A DNA stretch of 64,000 nucleotides from positions 32,001-96,000 of IMG/VR virus record IMGVR_UViG_3300021130_000224, one strand, 5' to 3'. Made by a program: the position numbers and the translations under genes. This DNA is from a virus. The notes beneath the pieces were generated by a model. That model searched no databases. It had not been told where the DNA came from and saw nothing but the letters and a program-made list of their open reading frames with translations. Positions 62,445-64,000 of this stretch are shown here, piece by piece (position 1 is the first letter of the stretch; each line of letters begins with the position of its first letter).

Positions 62445-63208
62445 TGTGTTTTACATTCTTCTACAGTTCTGTACCAACGGATAACATAATCTGCACCATT
62501 ATTGGCTGATAAAATATTGTTAATCCATTTAAATACACTTTGATGATCCCATACTCTATTGCTGTAACTGGCAGCTACCGGGTGCTCAATCTTTTTTACA
62601 TAGTGTAACATTGGATTGATAAACTTTTCCAGCTTCTGTGCTTGTGCACCACACAATACTATAGGTAAACCTTTATAGTAATTACTCACTATTTCCTCAA
62701 TAAAGAATTTCATAAAAGGTGTCCATAATTCGACATGTGAGCCAGGTTTATTTAACTCACAAGTTAAACAACTGTTTAATAATAGTACACCTTCTTCAGT
62801 AAGCAGGAAATCAATATCACCGCTTCTATCCATATCTGGGATAAAACCTATAACTGATTCACCTGTACCGCCACAATCTTCTTCTATGCCACCATACCAC
62901 TGTTCCAGTGTTGGTTGTAATCTGCTCTTACCTTTACAAGACATTGGTACACCATCTGCTATAATTTCTCCTTCTTTTGTAGTAGAAGGATACGGATCCA
63001 TGAGTATGATTACAGCTTTCACTTTATGTCTATCACATAACTCAAAAGACTTAAACACGTCCGATGACTTTGGGATAACTATCCTCTTGTTCATGCTCAA
63101 GGTCTTCAACGTAGTAAAGATTTTATCCCATTGTTCTGATTGAATAAATGGTGTAAAAAGTTCAACCCAAGAACCCATTTGTGACCGAATCTTATCTGTT
63201 ACTTGCAT
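62363..63208 (-). CDS. ung: Uracil-DNA glycosylase family 1, divergent
   Basis: VKAVIILMDPYP, GVLLLNSCLT...PGSH..LW..F and EHP in canonical order. Confidence 0.75.
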   Translation of the reverse strand: MQVTDKIRSQMGSWVELFTPFIQSEQWDKIFTTLKTLSMNKRIVIPKSSDVFKSFELCDRHKVKAVIILMDPYPSTTKEGEIIADGVPMSCKGKSRLQPTLEQWYGGIEEDCGGTGESVIGFIPDMDRSGDIDFLLTEEGVLLLNSCLTCELNKPGSHVELWTPFMKFFIEEIVSNYYKGLPIVLCGAQAQKLEKFINPMLHYVKKIEHPVAASYSNRVWDHQSVFKWINNILSANNGADYVIRWYRTVEECKTQCEKPKLLNTNKEPLKSAEELQLPWKD

Positions 63209-63323
63209 AATATTTATAATTTATCTACACATTTGTTTTCATTAGTAATCAGACAATTTACCTTATCTACTATAGGTTGTATCTGAACTACGAGCTCCCG
63301 GGTATTCTGCTTTGTTTTAAATA

Positions 63324-63352
63324 AAATAGGGGAACAATTAATTCCCCTATTT
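63324..63352 (-). terminator. Intrinsic terminator downstream of the DUF932-like gene
   Basis: aaataggggaa-N7-ttcccctattt with A/T tracts on both sides. Confidence 0.6.
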
Positions 63353-63367
63353 ATAAGTTAATAATAA

Positions 63368-63788
63368 TTATACTGTTTCTGCTATACCATATTCCTGTGT
63401 AAAGAATTGGTGGTTATCAATTTGCTGCTGTAACCAAAATGTAGGATTTGCACTCTTAAGCGAGAAAGTTGTATAATTATACAACTCCCACAAACTATCA
63501 GGATGACCATAATTAAAAGTAGGAGTTTTTAACTCATTCTTAATTATATTCAACTGTGTACTGGTAATGATACCTTCTTCAATATACATCCTTCCCAATA
63601 GCTCTGCAGTAGTCTTCTTGCTTACTTCTATCTCCATCATCCTCTTCTTCTCTATAACCATCTTCTCAAAAGTCTCTCCTGCATTGCAGATATACTCAGT
63701 AAGGATTTTAGGTGTTACAACCTGTATATCTCCCTGATGTTTGCTTTTAAATGCACCAATATCCCCTTTCACCATTCCATTTTCGCAA
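63368..63788 (-). CDS. DUF932/DUF945-like protein, 3' exon
   Basis: Frame extends upstream of the track's Met to (I)CENGMVKGD; C-terminal SLWELYNYTT..LK; 5' part lies beyond the intron. Confidence 0.65.
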
Positions 63789-64000
63789 CTTTAGTTTCCT
63801 TATGTTCGTTATTCATAAGGCATTGTGGTTTACACAATAGCTTAATATTTCTATTAAGATCGGACTATATCACGATCCATTTCTGGATCCCCTGCATTTC
63901 CACTTCACTTGAAGCGTACTCTACTCCTTTCCAACATATTTCAGTTGTAGTTTCGATAGTCTCTGAACCTTCCTTGTTATTGTACAAGGCTTGGATGCTG
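63789..64000 (-). ncRNA. Group I self-splicing intron, 3' portion (truncated by the window edge)
   Basis: Minus strand carries Q-like CAGCATCCAAG (64000-63990), R GGTTCAGAGACTA (63969-63957), S GATATAGTCC (63871-63862), P8/P9 hairpins and terminal G at 63789. Confidence 0.85.

Noticed and set aside
175-63143. Numerous short antisense or alternate-frame ORFs in the track (for example 563-838, 25303-25653, 50817-51158, 54090-54461)
   Set aside because: They are fully nested in or opposite long, well-supported genes and show the composition typical of shadow ORFs.
1-64000. Stop-codon reassignment (TAG to Gln or TGA to Trp), known in some crAss-like phages
   Set aside because: Standard-code ORFs tile both blocks almost without gaps, including a 15.7-kb ORF, and TAG/TGA act as normal stops (for example at 10340 and 8043).

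Overview
A 64-kb segment of an AT-rich, crAss-like (Crassvirales-type) phage genome, probably infecting a Bacteroidota host. It reads in the standard genetic code with tightly coupled genes (many TAATG stop/start overlaps). The + strand (1-51837) is a virion block: tail collar/fibre/spike proteins, a holin-like protein, ring/IHF-like/tubular/muzzle tail proteins, and putative injected cargo proteins. The cargo set includes a 5251-aa virion RNA polymerase (DFDVD motif) fused to zincin, SLOG and NADAR domains, and a 1835-aa protein with a circularly permuted histidine phosphatase and a PD-(D/E)XK domain. An M28-like peptidase plus PurD-like ATP-grasp ligase cassette sits between these two giant genes. 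It is followed by small Ser/Thr-rich structural proteins flanking a glycosyltransferase, and by lysis-like membrane proteins. The - strand (51809-64000) is a recombination/replication/early block: PD-(D/E)XK and HNH nucleases, an SSB-J-domain fusion, RecA, two RepL-like HTH proteins each preceded by palindromic repeats, a MazG-like dUTPase, a divergent UNG, and a DUF932-like gene interrupted by a group I intron. The most notable observations are: (i) two cargo proteins built from small modules separated by about 20 A/F/Y-x-x-G(G) motifs, a candidate polyprotein processing or packaging system; (ii) the ATP-grasp/peptidase pair; (iii) ADP-ribose-related effector domains in virion proteins; (iv) CpG depletion that spares CCGG. 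All family assignments come from motif recognition by eye; no database search was run.
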